From contig SHUZ01000002.1 in the NCBI GenBank assembly GCA_009694415.1, positions 1 through 46,123 on the forward strand: a DNA stretch of 46,123 nt. Direction: 5' to 3'. Position numbers and translations under genes: made by a program. The stretch is from Acidimicrobiia bacterium (GTDB lineage Bacteria; Actinomycetota; Acidimicrobiia; IMCC26256; JAENVU01). Of the stretch, positions 1-9,405 are shown piece after piece. Numbering within the stretch: position 1 is the first letter of the stretch; the number at the start of each line of letters is the position of its first letter. The notes under the pieces were generated by a model. The model was not told where the DNA came from. It made no database searches and was given only the letters and a program-made list of their open reading frames with translations.

Positions 1-1
1 G

Positions 2-229
2 GTGATGCTCGGCATCGCCTTCGCATTCTTCAAGATTCAAAACGCAATCATGAAGAACGGCATCAGGTCGCTTCCTGAGCATGAGGCGATGGGACTGGAC
101 CGTTCTGAGATGGGTGTACTCGCCTACGACAACCTTCAGATCAACGCGATCGACGTCGTTGGAACTGATCCAGAACCAGAGATGGTCATGTCGGGCGGAG
201 CGTCGCCTGACCCGACCTTTGGCCGGTAA
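2..229 (+). CDS. amt: Ammonium transporter (Amt family), C-terminal fragment, 5' partial
   Basis: Last TM helix followed by IRS..EHEAMGLDRSEMGVLAY, matching the Amt C-terminal E..GLD..E.G..AY signature. Confidence 0.8.
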   Translation: MMLGIAFAFFKIQNAIMKNGIRSLPEHEAMGLDRSEMGVLAYDNLQINAIDVVGTDPEPEMVMSGGASPDPTFGR

Positions 230-244
230 CTGCATCTACCCCTC

Positions 245-288
245 ACGGATGTGGCCGGTGGACGACGAAGCCCGTCGGCCACATCCGT
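245..288. terminator. Stem-loop between convergent amt and phosphoesterase genes, probable bidirectional terminator
   Basis: Perfect 13-bp arms ACGGATGTGGCCG (245-257) and CGGCCACATCCGT (276-288); no U-tract, as is common in Actinobacteria. Confidence 0.6.
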
Positions 289-316
289 AGGTAGTGCCGG
301 CAGTCGGTTGGATGGT

Positions 317-1780
317 CTAGAAGTTGAGCGTCTCAAGGTAGAGCGCCCACTCGTGCTCGTCGAACGCGTTATCTAGCGACCCAAAGTTTGCGGCTGCGAT
401 GCCTGGTGTTGAGGCGACGGGTCCACAAGCAGGTGATGGTGTGCCCACCTCGAGCGAGGCTGGATCGAACCAGATGTCGGGGGAGAAGGACTTGGCCATG
501 AGACTCGCACCGAGGTTGTTCGCGTAGCGATCGCGTTGCGTGAGGAACCACTTGTCGCCCTCGGCCCCAGGTCCTTCTGGCGGTGCTCCGAGAAAACGCC
601 ATTCCAGGAAACGCAATACCGATGTGTGGTCGTATGTGCGGCTGTCTACGAAATTGGGGAGCGCGAACGGCGAAGCCATGACCGTTGGGACGCGGAAGCC
701 GGTCAGCGAGAAATCGTCAGCGTCGTTGGCACTCGTGCGGTCGTCTGGCAGATGCGGTAGAGCGGCGTGATCAAAGAAGCCTCCCCACTCGTCGTAGGTG
801 ATGATAAAGAGACCGCGCTCCCAGTGTCTCGACTTAGCAAAGGCCTGGAACACGTCGCGCAGGAATCCCTGGCCGGCACGAATGTCGGCCAACGGGTGGT
901 CGTCATTGCGATTGTCGCCGACGAAAGCTGGGTCTACGAACACGACGTTGGGGAGAGAGCCCGCCGCACAATCGGTGAAGTAGTTAGTGATTTGCGAGAC
1001 ATATGGACTCAAGCGGTTGCCCCACAAAGCAAGTACGGGTAGATCTGAGTAGTACGAGCGCGCCGGTACTCCAGCGGCGGCGAAGCGGTCCCAGATGGTT
1101 TCCCATTGGAAGCCGCCCTCGGCTAATGGAAGATAGTTGTTCTTGATGCCGCCGGATTGTCCTGCGTTGAGGTACTCGCGGTTTGGATACGTGGGGGCAA
1201 GAACCGAGCAGTGGTAACCGTCGAATGTTGTGAAGCGTTTCGCGAGGCGCGCGCTGAACGGCAGATCGCTCGCGCCGTAGTAGCCGAGCGCCAACTCGGA
1301 GTTGTTCGCGCCCGGCGCTAGGAACCCGCCATCGCGTTGTGCACGCCCTGCAGTCCATGAGTGTCCAGGATCTCCGAATCCGCAACCGCGCCACGGATCC
1401 GTCGTCTTGTCCCAGTCAAGAAGGTACGCAGTGTCGACGGGACCGGTGGGACCGGTGTATGTCTGGTGCTGGTTGCCGTCGACGCTGAACCCCGCGCCGT
1501 ACCGACTGCGTCCTTGCTCCAGGTAGTTCTCGTGTGTGGCAAGCCAGCCGAACCAGTGGTCGAACGAGCGGTTCTCCATCATGACGACAACAACGGTGTC
1601 GATGCCGCAATCCGATGCGAGTCCGTCGATCAGCGATGAGCCGGGCTGGAACCCAGTCGGATAGAGGCCGCGACATCCCGACAGCGCGGTCGCGCCGGCC
1701 AGGGCTCCACCGGCGATCGCCGCGTTCTTCATGAACTTGCGTCTATCAATCACTACATTCGCCGCCTTGTCGGCACTCAT
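317..1780 (-). CDS. Tat-exported phospholipase C / acid phosphatase (phosphoesterase family)
   Basis: DRRKFMK twin-arginine signal and possible lipobox LSGC; motifs MENRSFDH, TYPNR, DDHP, TYDEWGGFFDH, GFRVP, DHTSVLRF. Confidence 0.85.
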   Translation of the reverse strand: MSADKAANVVIDRRKFMKNAAIAGGALAGATALSGCRGLYPTGFQPGSSLIDGLASDCGIDTVVVVMMENRSFDHWFGWLATHENYLEQGRSRYGAGFSVDGNQHQTYTGPTGPVDTAYLLDWDKTTDPWRGCGFGDPGHSWTAGRAQRDGGFLAPGANNSELALGYYGASDLPFSARLAKRFTTFDGYHCSVLAPTYPNREYLNAGQSGGIKNNYLPLAEGGFQWETIWDRFAAAGVPARSYYSDLPVLALWGNRLSPYVSQITNYFTDCAAGSLPNVVFVDPAFVGDNRNDDHPLADIRAGQGFLRDVFQAFAKSRHWERGLFIITYDEWGGFFDHAALPHLPDDRTSANDADDFSLTGFRVPTVMASPFALPNFVDSRTYDHTSVLRFLEWRFLGAPPEGPGAEGDKWFLTQRDRYANNLGASLMAKSFSPDIWFDPASLEVGTPSPACGPVASTPGIAAANFGSLDNAFDEHEWALYLETLNF

Positions 1781-1831
1781 TATGACCTAATTCCAACAAA
1801 TTAGACGCGCCGCGGCCGATACCCTGGCCGA

Positions 1832-2470
1832 GTGCCCACTCTCGATCTCGCGAATACATCGGTATTTCTTGACTTCGACGGGACGATTAGCCGTGCCGAC
1901 GTTGGCGTTCACCTACTTGAAAGGCTTGCTAAACCGGGATGGGAGGCGATTGATGCGGAGTACGACGCCGGAGGAATTGGGAGTCGGATATGCCTGCTTG
2001 ATGAGTGGGACTTGTTGCCCCACGATGCCGAACTGTTGCGATCGGTTGCACGTGAAGTTGCCATCGATCCTGGGCTTGAAGATTTAGTGGCAGGACTGTT
2101 GGCTTCGAGCGCCGAGGTGACCGTGCTTTCGGATGGGTTTGGGTTCTACGCCCAAGATGCGTGTGCGCACTTAAGCGTTCCCGTCTTGACGAATGCAGTC
2201 GACTGGGAAAGTGGCTCGCTGAGTTTTCCGAACGAAGATCGCTGCTGTGCCTGTTCAAGTTGTGGAACGTGCAAGCAGGCGCCGGTGAAGGACGCGTCGC
2301 GGCGTGGGCGTACAACTGTTGTAGTCGGTGACGGAACGAGCGATCGCAAAGCAGCGTTGCTCGCTGACGTTGTGTTCGCGAAAGGTTCTTTGTCTGCATG
2401 GTGCACGATGAATGGCGTGGAGCACCTGAGGTTCGACACGCTTTCCGACGTGCGATCGGCACTTCTATAG
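1832..2470 (+). CDS. HAD-IB phosphatase, MtnX-like
   Basis: FLDFDGTIS (motif I), VLSDGF, Cys-rich CCACSSCGTCK, GDGTSD, VFAK. Confidence 0.8.
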   Translation: MPTLDLANTSVFLDFDGTISRADVGVHLLERLAKPGWEAIDAEYDAGGIGSRICLLDEWDLLPHDAELLRSVAREVAIDPGLEDLVAGLLASSAEVTVLSDGFGFYAQDACAHLSVPVLTNAVDWESGSLSFPNEDRCCACSSCGTCKQAPVKDASRRGRTTVVVGDGTSDRKAALLADVVFAKGSLSAWCTMNGVEHLRFDTLSDVRSALL

Positions 2471-2525
2471 GAACGCCTCTAGGCATCCTGCGCGATCGTT
2501 GATAGTGGGGCTACGGTCAGGTCCC

Positions 2526-3188
2526 GTGACGGCGACAACGAGTCCCACGCTGCGGCTCGAGCGTCAGTGCATTAGGGACGGAGACCGCCTTGTATGCGGG
2601 ATCGACGAAGTTGGTCGAGGCGCATGGGCTGGGCCAGTAACGGTCGCTGCAGTTATTCCAGGATCGGAACACCTGGCTGGCGTGCGCGACTCGAAGATGC
2701 TTACTCCCGTGAAGCGCGAACGAGCAGCTGCTGCGGTTAGCGGTTGGGCGGAAGCGTTCGCGATCGGACACGCGAGTCACGATGAGTGCGATGCGCTTGG
2801 GATGACAGCGGCTCTTCGCTTGGCCGCGATGCGCGCACTCGCCACGCTTGCCGATCGCGGGTATGAACCGGACCGCGTAATTCTCGACGGTAATCATGAT
2901 TATTTGCGTATGGGTTCGCGAGTGACGACGGTGGTCAAGGGAGACGCGACATCGCTTGCGGTAGCGGCGGCGAGTTGTGTCGCCAAGGTGACCCGCGATG
3001 CGTTGATGAGAGATGAGGCCGAGAACTTCCCTGCGTTCGGGTTCGAGTCGAACAAGGGATACCCGGCTCCGGTTCATAGGGCAGCGCTGTCCGCATGGGG
3101 GCCGACAACGATCCACCGCCGGTCGTGGTCTTTCATGGATGACCTGGCGTGGGGCGGAATTGAGCCAGCACCCGGGCGGTTGTTCTGA
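2526..3188 (+). CDS. rnhB: Ribonuclease HII
   Basis: GIDEVGRGAWAGP, RDSK, ILDGN, KGD..SLAVAAAS..AKVTRD, NKGYP, HRRS; GTG start chosen from TACGGT -10 upstream (ORF open from 2499). Confidence 0.93.
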   Translation: MTATTSPTLRLERQCIRDGDRLVCGIDEVGRGAWAGPVTVAAVIPGSEHLAGVRDSKMLTPVKRERAAAAVSGWAEAFAIGHASHDECDALGMTAALRLAAMRALATLADRGYEPDRVILDGNHDYLRMGSRVTTVVKGDATSLAVAAASCVAKVTRDALMRDEAENFPAFGFESNKGYPAPVHRAALSAWGPTTIHRRSWSFMDDLAWGGIEPAPGRLF

Positions 3189-3245
3189 GTACTGCCGTTT
3201 TGGCTGAAACGATTTCCGGCAGCGCGAGCAATTAGTCTCAGACGC

Positions 3246-3605
3246 ATGGGACAGCCGATCACGGTCACGGCGCGTACAGGGGCATCGCCTACGACTCGCC
3301 TTTATGACCTAAACCGATCTTTGACGGGTATGGCTACTGAGCGATACGGCTCGGTAGAAGATGCGCAGGCACGTGGCGGCCGCCCACCAGATGTGCTTGC
3401 TGCTCGTCTGCTTGAGGCGGGGGCTACGACCGTAACGGTGTATTCCAACTCCGTAACCGTTGAGGCCGCTTCTGAGCAGTGGGGTGAACTCGAGGCGAAG
3501 GCCACTTACCTAATTGAGCATCTTTTCGAGTACTACGGAGATGATGCTGGCTGGTCGTTCGAGGCCCGAGGCGTAGAAGCGCCGGAGGTTTCACCCATCG
3601 CGTAG
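3246..3605 (+). CDS. Hypothetical protein resembling a stand-alone Nfu/NifU N-terminal scaffold domain
   Basis: PPDVLAARLL..GATTVTVYSNSVTV....W.EL pattern recalls Nfu_N; TAGTCT -10 7 nt before ATG. Confidence 0.55.
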   Translation: MGQPITVTARTGASPTTRLYDLNRSLTGMATERYGSVEDAQARGGRPPDVLAARLLEAGATTVTVYSNSVTVEAASEQWGELEAKATYLIEHLFEYYGDDAGWSFEARGVEAPEVSPIA

Positions 3606-3661
3606 TTCGGTGCGGTAGGACTATTCCGCTGATCCGCGCCCATAGATAAGAACTAGCAATA

Positions 3662-3683
3662 TCGAACGTGTGTTCGATAAGGT
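3662..3683 (+). promoter_or_regulatory. LexA (SOS) box abutting the -10 element of leaderless imuA
   Basis: TCGAAC-GTGT-GTTCGA (3662-3677), the actinobacterial consensus, directly followed by TAAGGT (3678-3683), 6 nt before GTG 3690. Confidence 0.92.
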
Positions 3684-3689
3684 GTTGGA

Positions 3690-4367
3690 GTGGCTGTGGC
3701 CTCTTCTTCCCCTACAGATCCGGTTCCGGGTGGTGCAGTTATTCCGCTGCGTGATCCCGAGGCACGTGCGCGCTTATATGAGGTTGCGCGTGTCGGCGCT
3801 CCGCTGCTGCTTGCCAAGGACCGTCTTCTTCCGGTACCTGGTCCGCTGGGCGCACTCGTCCCCGAACTTCGGCGCGGGATGGTGGTGACTGTTACCGGCG
3901 CGCCAGGGGGAGGAGCTACAACACTCGCGTTTGGATTGGTTGCGGCGGCGAGCGTGGCGGGGGAGTGGGCCGGTGCTCTTTGTCCTGATCACACTCTTGG
4001 TGCGCTTGCTGCGGCGGCGGCCGGTGTTGATCTCACGCGGTTCGCAGTTGTGCGCGATGTACCGCTAGATCGATGGGCGGTTGTTGCGGCAGCGTTGCTC
4101 GATGCAATAACTGTTGTGTTGGTGGAGGTACCGCGCGGGGTGCGTGCCGCCGATGCTCGTCGGTTGGTTTCTCGCGCACGAGAACGAGGTGCGGTACTAG
4201 TGACGTTGGGCGAGTGGCCAGCCGCTGCCGCTTTGCGTATTCATGCAGAAGGCGGCGAGTGGAATGGATTCCGGATGGGCGACGGCATACTCACGTCGCG
4301 CAACCTTTCGGTCCGGGTTGAGGGAAGTGGTGCACCGCTTCATGGGCTCGTGTCCTTAGCAAGTTGA
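3690..4367 (+). CDS. imuA: ImuA'-like RecA-fold mutasome accessory protein
   Basis: Degenerate Walker A GAPGGGATT, AAAAGVDLTR, ARRLVSRARERGAVL; first gene of the cassette, 4-nt overlap with imuB. Confidence 0.85.
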   Translation: MAVASSSPTDPVPGGAVIPLRDPEARARLYEVARVGAPLLLAKDRLLPVPGPLGALVPELRRGMVVTVTGAPGGGATTLAFGLVAAASVAGEWAGALCPDHTLGALAAAAAGVDLTRFAVVRDVPLDRWAVVAAALLDAITVVLVEVPRGVRAADARRLVSRARERGAVLVTLGEWPAAAALRIHAEGGEWNGFRMGDGILTSRNLSVRVEGSGAPLHGLVSLAS

Positions 4368-5959
4368 TAGTGGAGACTGCGCGCACTTTGTGTTTGTGGT
4401 GTCCGGACTGGCCGGTAGTAGCGGCGCGCCGTCGCGGCGATGCACCCGATGATGCGCCTATTGCCGTTCTGGAACGGAGTCGCGTCTTCGCATGTTCTGC
4501 CGAAGCTCGCGCACAAGATGTGGTTATTGGTATGCGCCGCCGTGAAGCGGAGACGCTTTCTCCTGGCATCACAGTGCTCGAGGTTGATCCATCCGGAGAT
4601 ACGCGCATGTTTGAACCGGTAGCGCGCGCGGTCGAAGATCTTGCACCGCGGCTCACGTTGGAGCGCCCAGGGATGCTGTCGTTTCCGACGCGGGGGCCTT
4701 CGCGCTACTTCGGAGGCGATGAGAAACTTGTAGAACGCATCATCGAGGTGGCGTGTGTCGCGGGGGTACCGGACGCGCGGGCTGGAATCGCGGATGGCAT
4801 ATTCGCTGCGCGTCTCGCTGCTCGGCGTGGTGTGATCGTTGCACCGGGGGAGACCTCACAGTTTCTCGCGCCGTGGCCCGTCGGAACGCTCGGAGATGAG
4901 GAGTTGGGTTCCTTGTTGTGCCGCTTGGGGCTACGTACTCTTGGGGAGTTCGCGGCTCTACCTGCGCCATCGGTGCTTGCGCGTTTTGGCTCGCATGGTC
5001 TCGGCATGCATCGGCTCTCCCGTGGTGAAGACGAACATCCGCCATCGCTCACCGTTCCACCTCCTGATCTGGTGGAGACCTGTGAGTTAGACCCACCAGC
5101 GGAGCGTGTAGACGAGGCAGCGTTCGCAGCGAAAGTACTTGCAGACCGATTACTTGGAAGGCTCGAAGCGATGGGTCTCGCGTGTACCCATGTTGTGGTG
5201 GAGGCCGAGACCGAACACGGCGAACACCTTGCGCGTGGTTGGCGACACGAGGGGGCATTGACGGCCGCAATGCTCGCCGAACGTGTGCGTTGGCAACTCG
5301 ATGGCTGGTTGACCGATGGCTTGAGGGATCGCGCAACGGCAAGGGGAGGACTTACTGGAGGGCTCACGTTGTTGCGACTCGTACCAGAACAGGTGATCCC
5401 TGCGACCGGTCGCCAGCTTGGGTTTTGGGGAGGTGATGCTGCCGGAGCCGATCGTTGCGCGCGGGTACTGGCGCGCGTACAGGGAATTATCGGACCGGAG
5501 AATGTTGTGACGGCAGTACCTCAAGGTGGACGAACCCCGGGCGAGAGAGTGCGCTGGGTCCCGTGGGGGGAACCGCGTGAACCGTTGAGGCCGATCGAGG
5601 CTGTAGCGGGTCCGGTACATTCCGAGGTCCCGTCGTGGCCGGGCGCGGTACCCGGACCACCTCCAGCGCGCGTGTTTGACCCGCCGGTGCCAGCAACGCT
5701 GCTCGACGCGACGGGCGCCGAAGTAAGTGTCTCGGGGCGCGGCGAGGTAAGTGCGCCGCCCGTGCTTTTGCGCAGCGGAGTTCTTGTGCGAGGGGGTGGG
5801 GAGATAACGGGGTGGGCAGGGCCGTGGGCCCACGATGTGCGCTGGTGGGATCGGCGAACACGATCAAGGTGCACGTATTGGCAGGTGGCTGTAGGGGAGA
5901 CGGCGTGCTTAGTAAAGGTCAAGCAAGGCCAAGCAGCGATAGAAGCCATCTACGACTAA
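4364..5959 (+). CDS. imuB: ImuB, inactive Y-family polymerase scaffold
   Basis: LWCPDWPVVAA start, GMRRREA, RGPSRYFGGDE, RLGLRTLGEFAAL, clamp motif QLGFWG, C-terminal AGPW...RWW...EAIYD. Confidence 0.92.
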   Translation: MIVETARTLCLWCPDWPVVAARRRGDAPDDAPIAVLERSRVFACSAEARAQDVVIGMRRREAETLSPGITVLEVDPSGDTRMFEPVARAVEDLAPRLTLERPGMLSFPTRGPSRYFGGDEKLVERIIEVACVAGVPDARAGIADGIFAARLAARRGVIVAPGETSQFLAPWPVGTLGDEELGSLLCRLGLRTLGEFAALPAPSVLARFGSHGLGMHRLSRGEDEHPPSLTVPPPDLVETCELDPPAERVDEAAFAAKVLADRLLGRLEAMGLACTHVVVEAETEHGEHLARGWRHEGALTAAMLAERVRWQLDGWLTDGLRDRATARGGLTGGLTLLRLVPEQVIPATGRQLGFWGGDAAGADRCARVLARVQGIIGPENVVTAVPQGGRTPGERVRWVPWGEPREPLRPIEAVAGPVHSEVPSWPGAVPGPPPARVFDPPVPATLLDATGAEVSVSGRGEVSAPPVLLRSGVLVRGGGEITGWAGPWAHDVRWWDRRTRSRCTYWQVAVGETACLVKVKQGQAAIEAIYD

Positions 5960-6029
5960 CAACAAGGGCGATCTCGGCACGTTTCGGGCCCTATAAGGGC
6001 CTCGAACGTGCCGAGATCGCCCTTGTTGT
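5959..6029. repeat. 71-bp palindrome (REP-like hairpin or terminator) between imuB and dnaE2
   Basis: Perfect 25-bp arms ACAACAAGGGCGATCTCGGCACGTT (5959-5983) and AACGTGCCGAGATCGCCCTTGTTGT (6005-6029), inner stem GGCCCT/AGGGCC, 3-nt loop. Confidence 0.9.
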
Positions 6030-6054
6030 GTGGCGAACGTATGTTCGATAGTGT
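6026..6054 (+). promoter_or_regulatory. Second LexA box within a predicted dnaE2 promoter
   Basis: CGAAC-GTAT-GTTCG (6034-6047) between TTGTGT (6026-6031) and TAGTGT (6049-6054), 17-bp spacer. Confidence 0.85.
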
Positions 6055-6089
6055 CGTGCCTCCAGGTTTTGGGGAGGGCGCGGCGACTT

Positions 6090-9000
6090 ATGGGTTCGAT
6101 GTATGCGGAGTTGCACTGCCATACCAACTTCTCTTTTCTTGACGGCGCCAGCCACCCCGAGGAACTAGCCGAAGAAGCGCACCGGCTGGGCTTAGCGGGC
6201 CTTGCTGTTACAGACCACAACGGCTTCTACGGCGTAGTCCGCTTTGCAGAGGCAGCGCGCCCACTCGGGTTGCCAACCGTCTTCGGCGCGGAGTTGACGC
6301 TTGGTCGCGGAAGTGGCGACCGCTCTACAAACGGCATTGCTGATCCACCAGGAGATCATCTTCTCGTACTTGCGGAAGGGCCTCGCGGATACGCCTCGCT
6401 AGCGCGCGCCATCAGCGAAGCACAACTGCGCGGAGAGAAAGGCGCTCCTCGCTTCACGCTTGAAGATCTCATAGCGGTACATGCCTCCTCTACCGGCAAT
6501 TGGTTTGTGCTAACCGGATGCCGCAAAGCCGCGGTTCCTCGCGCACTACAGGAGCATGGTCCTTCGGCGGCGATGCATGAGTTAGCGCGTCTCGTTCAAG
6601 CATTTGGTCGCGACCGCGTGTTGGTGGAACTTTGGGATCACGGCAACCCGCTCGACCATCACCGCAACGACGTACTCGCTCGCATAGCGATGAGCGCGGG
6701 AGTCGAGGTGATTGTTACGAACAACGTGCACTATGCAACCCCAGATCGTCATCGTCTTGCAACGGCACTTGCAGCGGTGCGTGCGCGCCGCAGTCTCGAT
6801 GAGATGGATGGCTGGCTACCGCCCACCCCGTTCGCGCACTTGCGCAGTGCCGCCGAACAACTCCATCGCTTTGCCCGTTACCCGGGAGCAGTAGAGCGCA
6901 CTGCAGAGATAGCGGCCGCGTGTGCGTTCGATCTGAAGGTCGCGGCGCCAAACCTGCCCGACTACCCGGTCCCAAATGGACACACCGACATGAGTTGGCT
7001 TAGAGAACTCACCCGTCGCGGAGCATCGGTGTACTACCCGGTCACTCATCCCCAGTATGAACAGGCGATGCGCCAGATCGATCACGAACTTGGCGTCGTT
7101 GATGAACTGGGTTTCGCTGGCTACTTCTTGTTGTTGCACGACATCGTCGAGTTCTGTCGCACGCACGACATCTACTGCCAAGGCCGGGGAAGCGCAGCAA
7201 ACAGCGCTGTCTGTTATGCGCTCGGCATTACCAAAGCCGATGCGGTCGCTCTTGGTTTGTTATTCGAACGGTTCCTTTCTCCTGAACGCGATGGCCCACC
7301 CGATATCGATTTAGACATTGAACATCAGCGCCGTGAAGAAGTGATCCAGTACATATATGCCCGCTACGGACGAGACCGTGCAGCGCAGGTAGCAAACGTG
7401 ATCACCTACCGGCCGCGCTCCGCGCTCCGCGAGATGGCCAAGGTCGCCGGCCTTTCGCCCGGCCATGCCGATGCGGTCACTCGGTGGATAGATCGTTGGC
7501 GCACGCGTGAAAAAGCGTTCGATGACTTCCGCGAACAAACAGATGCCCCGCATGTACCCGAGATCGTGTTGGAACTGGCCGATGCAGTTCAGGACTTCCC
7601 GCGTCATCTAGGCATCCACTCGGGGGGAATGGTGATGGCAGACCGTCCACTTGTGGAGTGTTGCCCCGTCGAGTGGGCTCGTATGGAGGGCCGTTCGGTG
7701 TTGCAGTGGGATAAAGACGATTGCGCTGCGGCGGGCCTTGTGAAGTTTGATCTGCTTGGTCTCGGGATGCTCACGATGTTGCATCTAGCTGTTGATCTGA
7801 TCCGCGAACACGAAGGGCTAGAGGTAGATCTCGCCACTATTCCCCAAGAACCAGAGGTCTATGCGTTGTTAAGCGCGGCAGACACAATCGGTGTGTTCCA
7901 AGTAGAGAGCCGCGCACAGATGGCAACTCTTCCTCGCCTGCGCCCCGAGTGTTTTTACGACCTCGTGGTGGAGGTGGCGCTCATACGACCTGGTCCCATA
8001 CAAGGTGGATCCGTCCACCCGTACCTGCGGCGTCGCAACGGTGAAGAGGAGGTCACCTACATGCATCCGTTAGTGGAACCGTGTCTGCGCAAGACATTGG
8101 GCGTTCCGTTGTTTCAGGAGCAACTCATGCAGATGGCGATCGATGCCGCTGGTTTTACTCCTGGTGAGGCTGATCAGTTGCGTCAAGCAATGGGTTCGAA
8201 GCGGTCGCAAGCGCGCATGGAGCGCATGCACGGAAGGTTGATGGATGGCATGGCAGCGCGCGGGATACCGCCAGAATCTGCAGAGGAGATCGCGCACAAA
8301 CTTGAAGCATTCGCAAGCTTCGGGTTCCCGGAAAGCCACTCGGTGAGTTTCGCTTACATCGTGTATTCGAGCGCTTGGGTGAAGTTGCATCACCCGGCCG
8401 AGTTTGTGTGCGCGCTGCTCAACGCGCAGCCGATGGGTTTCTACTCGCCACACACGCTCGTGCGCGACGCGCGACGTCACGGAGTAGAGATACTCGGGCC
8501 GTGTGTGGAGCACTCAAGCCGGAACTGCACACTCCAACCGCGCCCAGAAGAAGCAGGGCCGATTGGACGCCCGTTGCCTGGATGGCACGCGGACCCGTCG
8601 ATTCGAGCGGTACGCATCGGGCTGCGTTACGTGCGTGGATTGTCGCAAGCGCTTCTCGACCGTATAGATGCAGAGCGAGCGATCAAACCGTTCAGCGGTC
8701 TGGAAGATTTCACTAGACGCGCCGAAGCACCGGTAGATGCCCTCGAAGCGCTTGCAACCGCGGGAGCGTTCGCGTGTTTCGGCGTAGACCGTCGCTCAGG
8801 CCTATGGGCCGCGGGAGCACTGCACGAAGCGCGGCCCAATACGAGCGCTGGTGCGGTCGCGGCGCGCTTTCCCGGTACCGCTGTAGGTGTGGTTGCACCG
8901 CCGTTACCGGGCATGACCGACGTGGAGGAGACAGCAGCAGACCTATGGGCAACAGGGATGGCGCCCGGCAAGCACCCCACCGAGTTCGTGCGCGCCGAAC

Positions 9001-9332
9001 TCGACGCGCGAGGCGTGCTTACTGCGGCGGCGCTGCGTGAAACGGCTGGCCGTCAGGTGGTCGAGGTGGCAGGGGTGGTTACACACCGTCAACAGCCAGA
9101 GACAGCGAAGGGAACAGTGTTTATAAATCTTGAAGACGAGACCGGACTCATCAATGTGATCTGTCCGCCAGGGGTGTGGAAGCGCTACCGCAAGGTGGCG
9201 CGCCACGCACAAGCATTGCGTATACGTGGAGTTCTCGAACGGCACCAGGGGGCGATCAACGTGATTGCCCACTGCATTGAGGCACTCCCGCTCGCATTGG
9301 CAGACATACTCCGATCGCGCGACTTCCGGTGA
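6090..9332 (+). CDS. dnaE2: Error-prone DNA polymerase DnaE2
   Basis: YAELHCHTNFSFLDGAS PHP domain, QGRGSAANS, PPDIDLD, KFDLLGLGML, FGFPESH, OB fold, terminal SRDFR; start ATG 6090 or 6099 after GGGGAGG. Confidence 0.96.
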   Translation: MGSMYAELHCHTNFSFLDGASHPEELAEEAHRLGLAGLAVTDHNGFYGVVRFAEAARPLGLPTVFGAELTLGRGSGDRSTNGIADPPGDHLLVLAEGPRGYASLARAISEAQLRGEKGAPRFTLEDLIAVHASSTGNWFVLTGCRKAAVPRALQEHGPSAAMHELARLVQAFGRDRVLVELWDHGNPLDHHRNDVLARIAMSAGVEVIVTNNVHYATPDRHRLATALAAVRARRSLDEMDGWLPPTPFAHLRSAAEQLHRFARYPGAVERTAEIAAACAFDLKVAAPNLPDYPVPNGHTDMSWLRELTRRGASVYYPVTHPQYEQAMRQIDHELGVVDELGFAGYFLLLHDIVEFCRTHDIYCQGRGSAANSAVCYALGITKADAVALGLLFERFLSPERDGPPDIDLDIEHQRREEVIQYIYARYGRDRAAQVANVITYRPRSALREMAKVAGLSPGHADAVTRWIDRWRTREKAFDDFREQTDAPHVPEIVLELADAVQDFPRHLGIHSGGMVMADRPLVECCPVEWARMEGRSVLQWDKDDCAAAGLVKFDLLGLGMLTMLHLAVDLIREHEGLEVDLATIPQEPEVYALLSAADTIGVFQVESRAQMATLPRLRPECFYDLVVEVALIRPGPIQGGSVHPYLRRRNGEEEVTYMHPLVEPCLRKTLGVPLFQEQLMQMAIDAAGFTPGEADQLRQAMGSKRSQARMERMHGRLMDGMAARGIPPESAEEIAHKLEAFASFGFPESHSVSFAYIVYSSAWVKLHHPAEFVCALLNAQPMGFYSPHTLVRDARRHGVEILGPCVEHSSRNCTLQPRPEEAGPIGRPLPGWHADPSIRAVRIGLRYVRGLSQALLDRIDAERAIKPFSGLEDFTRRAEAPVDALEALATAGAFACFGVDRRSGLWAAGALHEARPNTSAGAVAARFPGTAVGVVAPPLPGMTDVEETAADLWATGMAPGKHPTEFVRAELDARGVLTAAALRETAGRQVVEVAGVVTHRQQPETAKGTVFINLEDETGLINVICPPGVWKRYRKVARHAQALRIRGVLERHQGAINVIAHCIEALPLALADILRSRDFR

Positions 9333-9405
9333 GGGGAGGGCAACACGAGACAACAGATGTACGGGTAGCGCGCTCAGACGCCACGGGTCCGGGTAGCGTC
9401 GCGGC

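Noticed and set aside
6030-6089. N-terminal extension of DnaE2 from GTG 6030
   Set aside because: It overlaps the LexA box and predicted promoter; the SD and conserved YAELH start favour ATG 6090 or 6099
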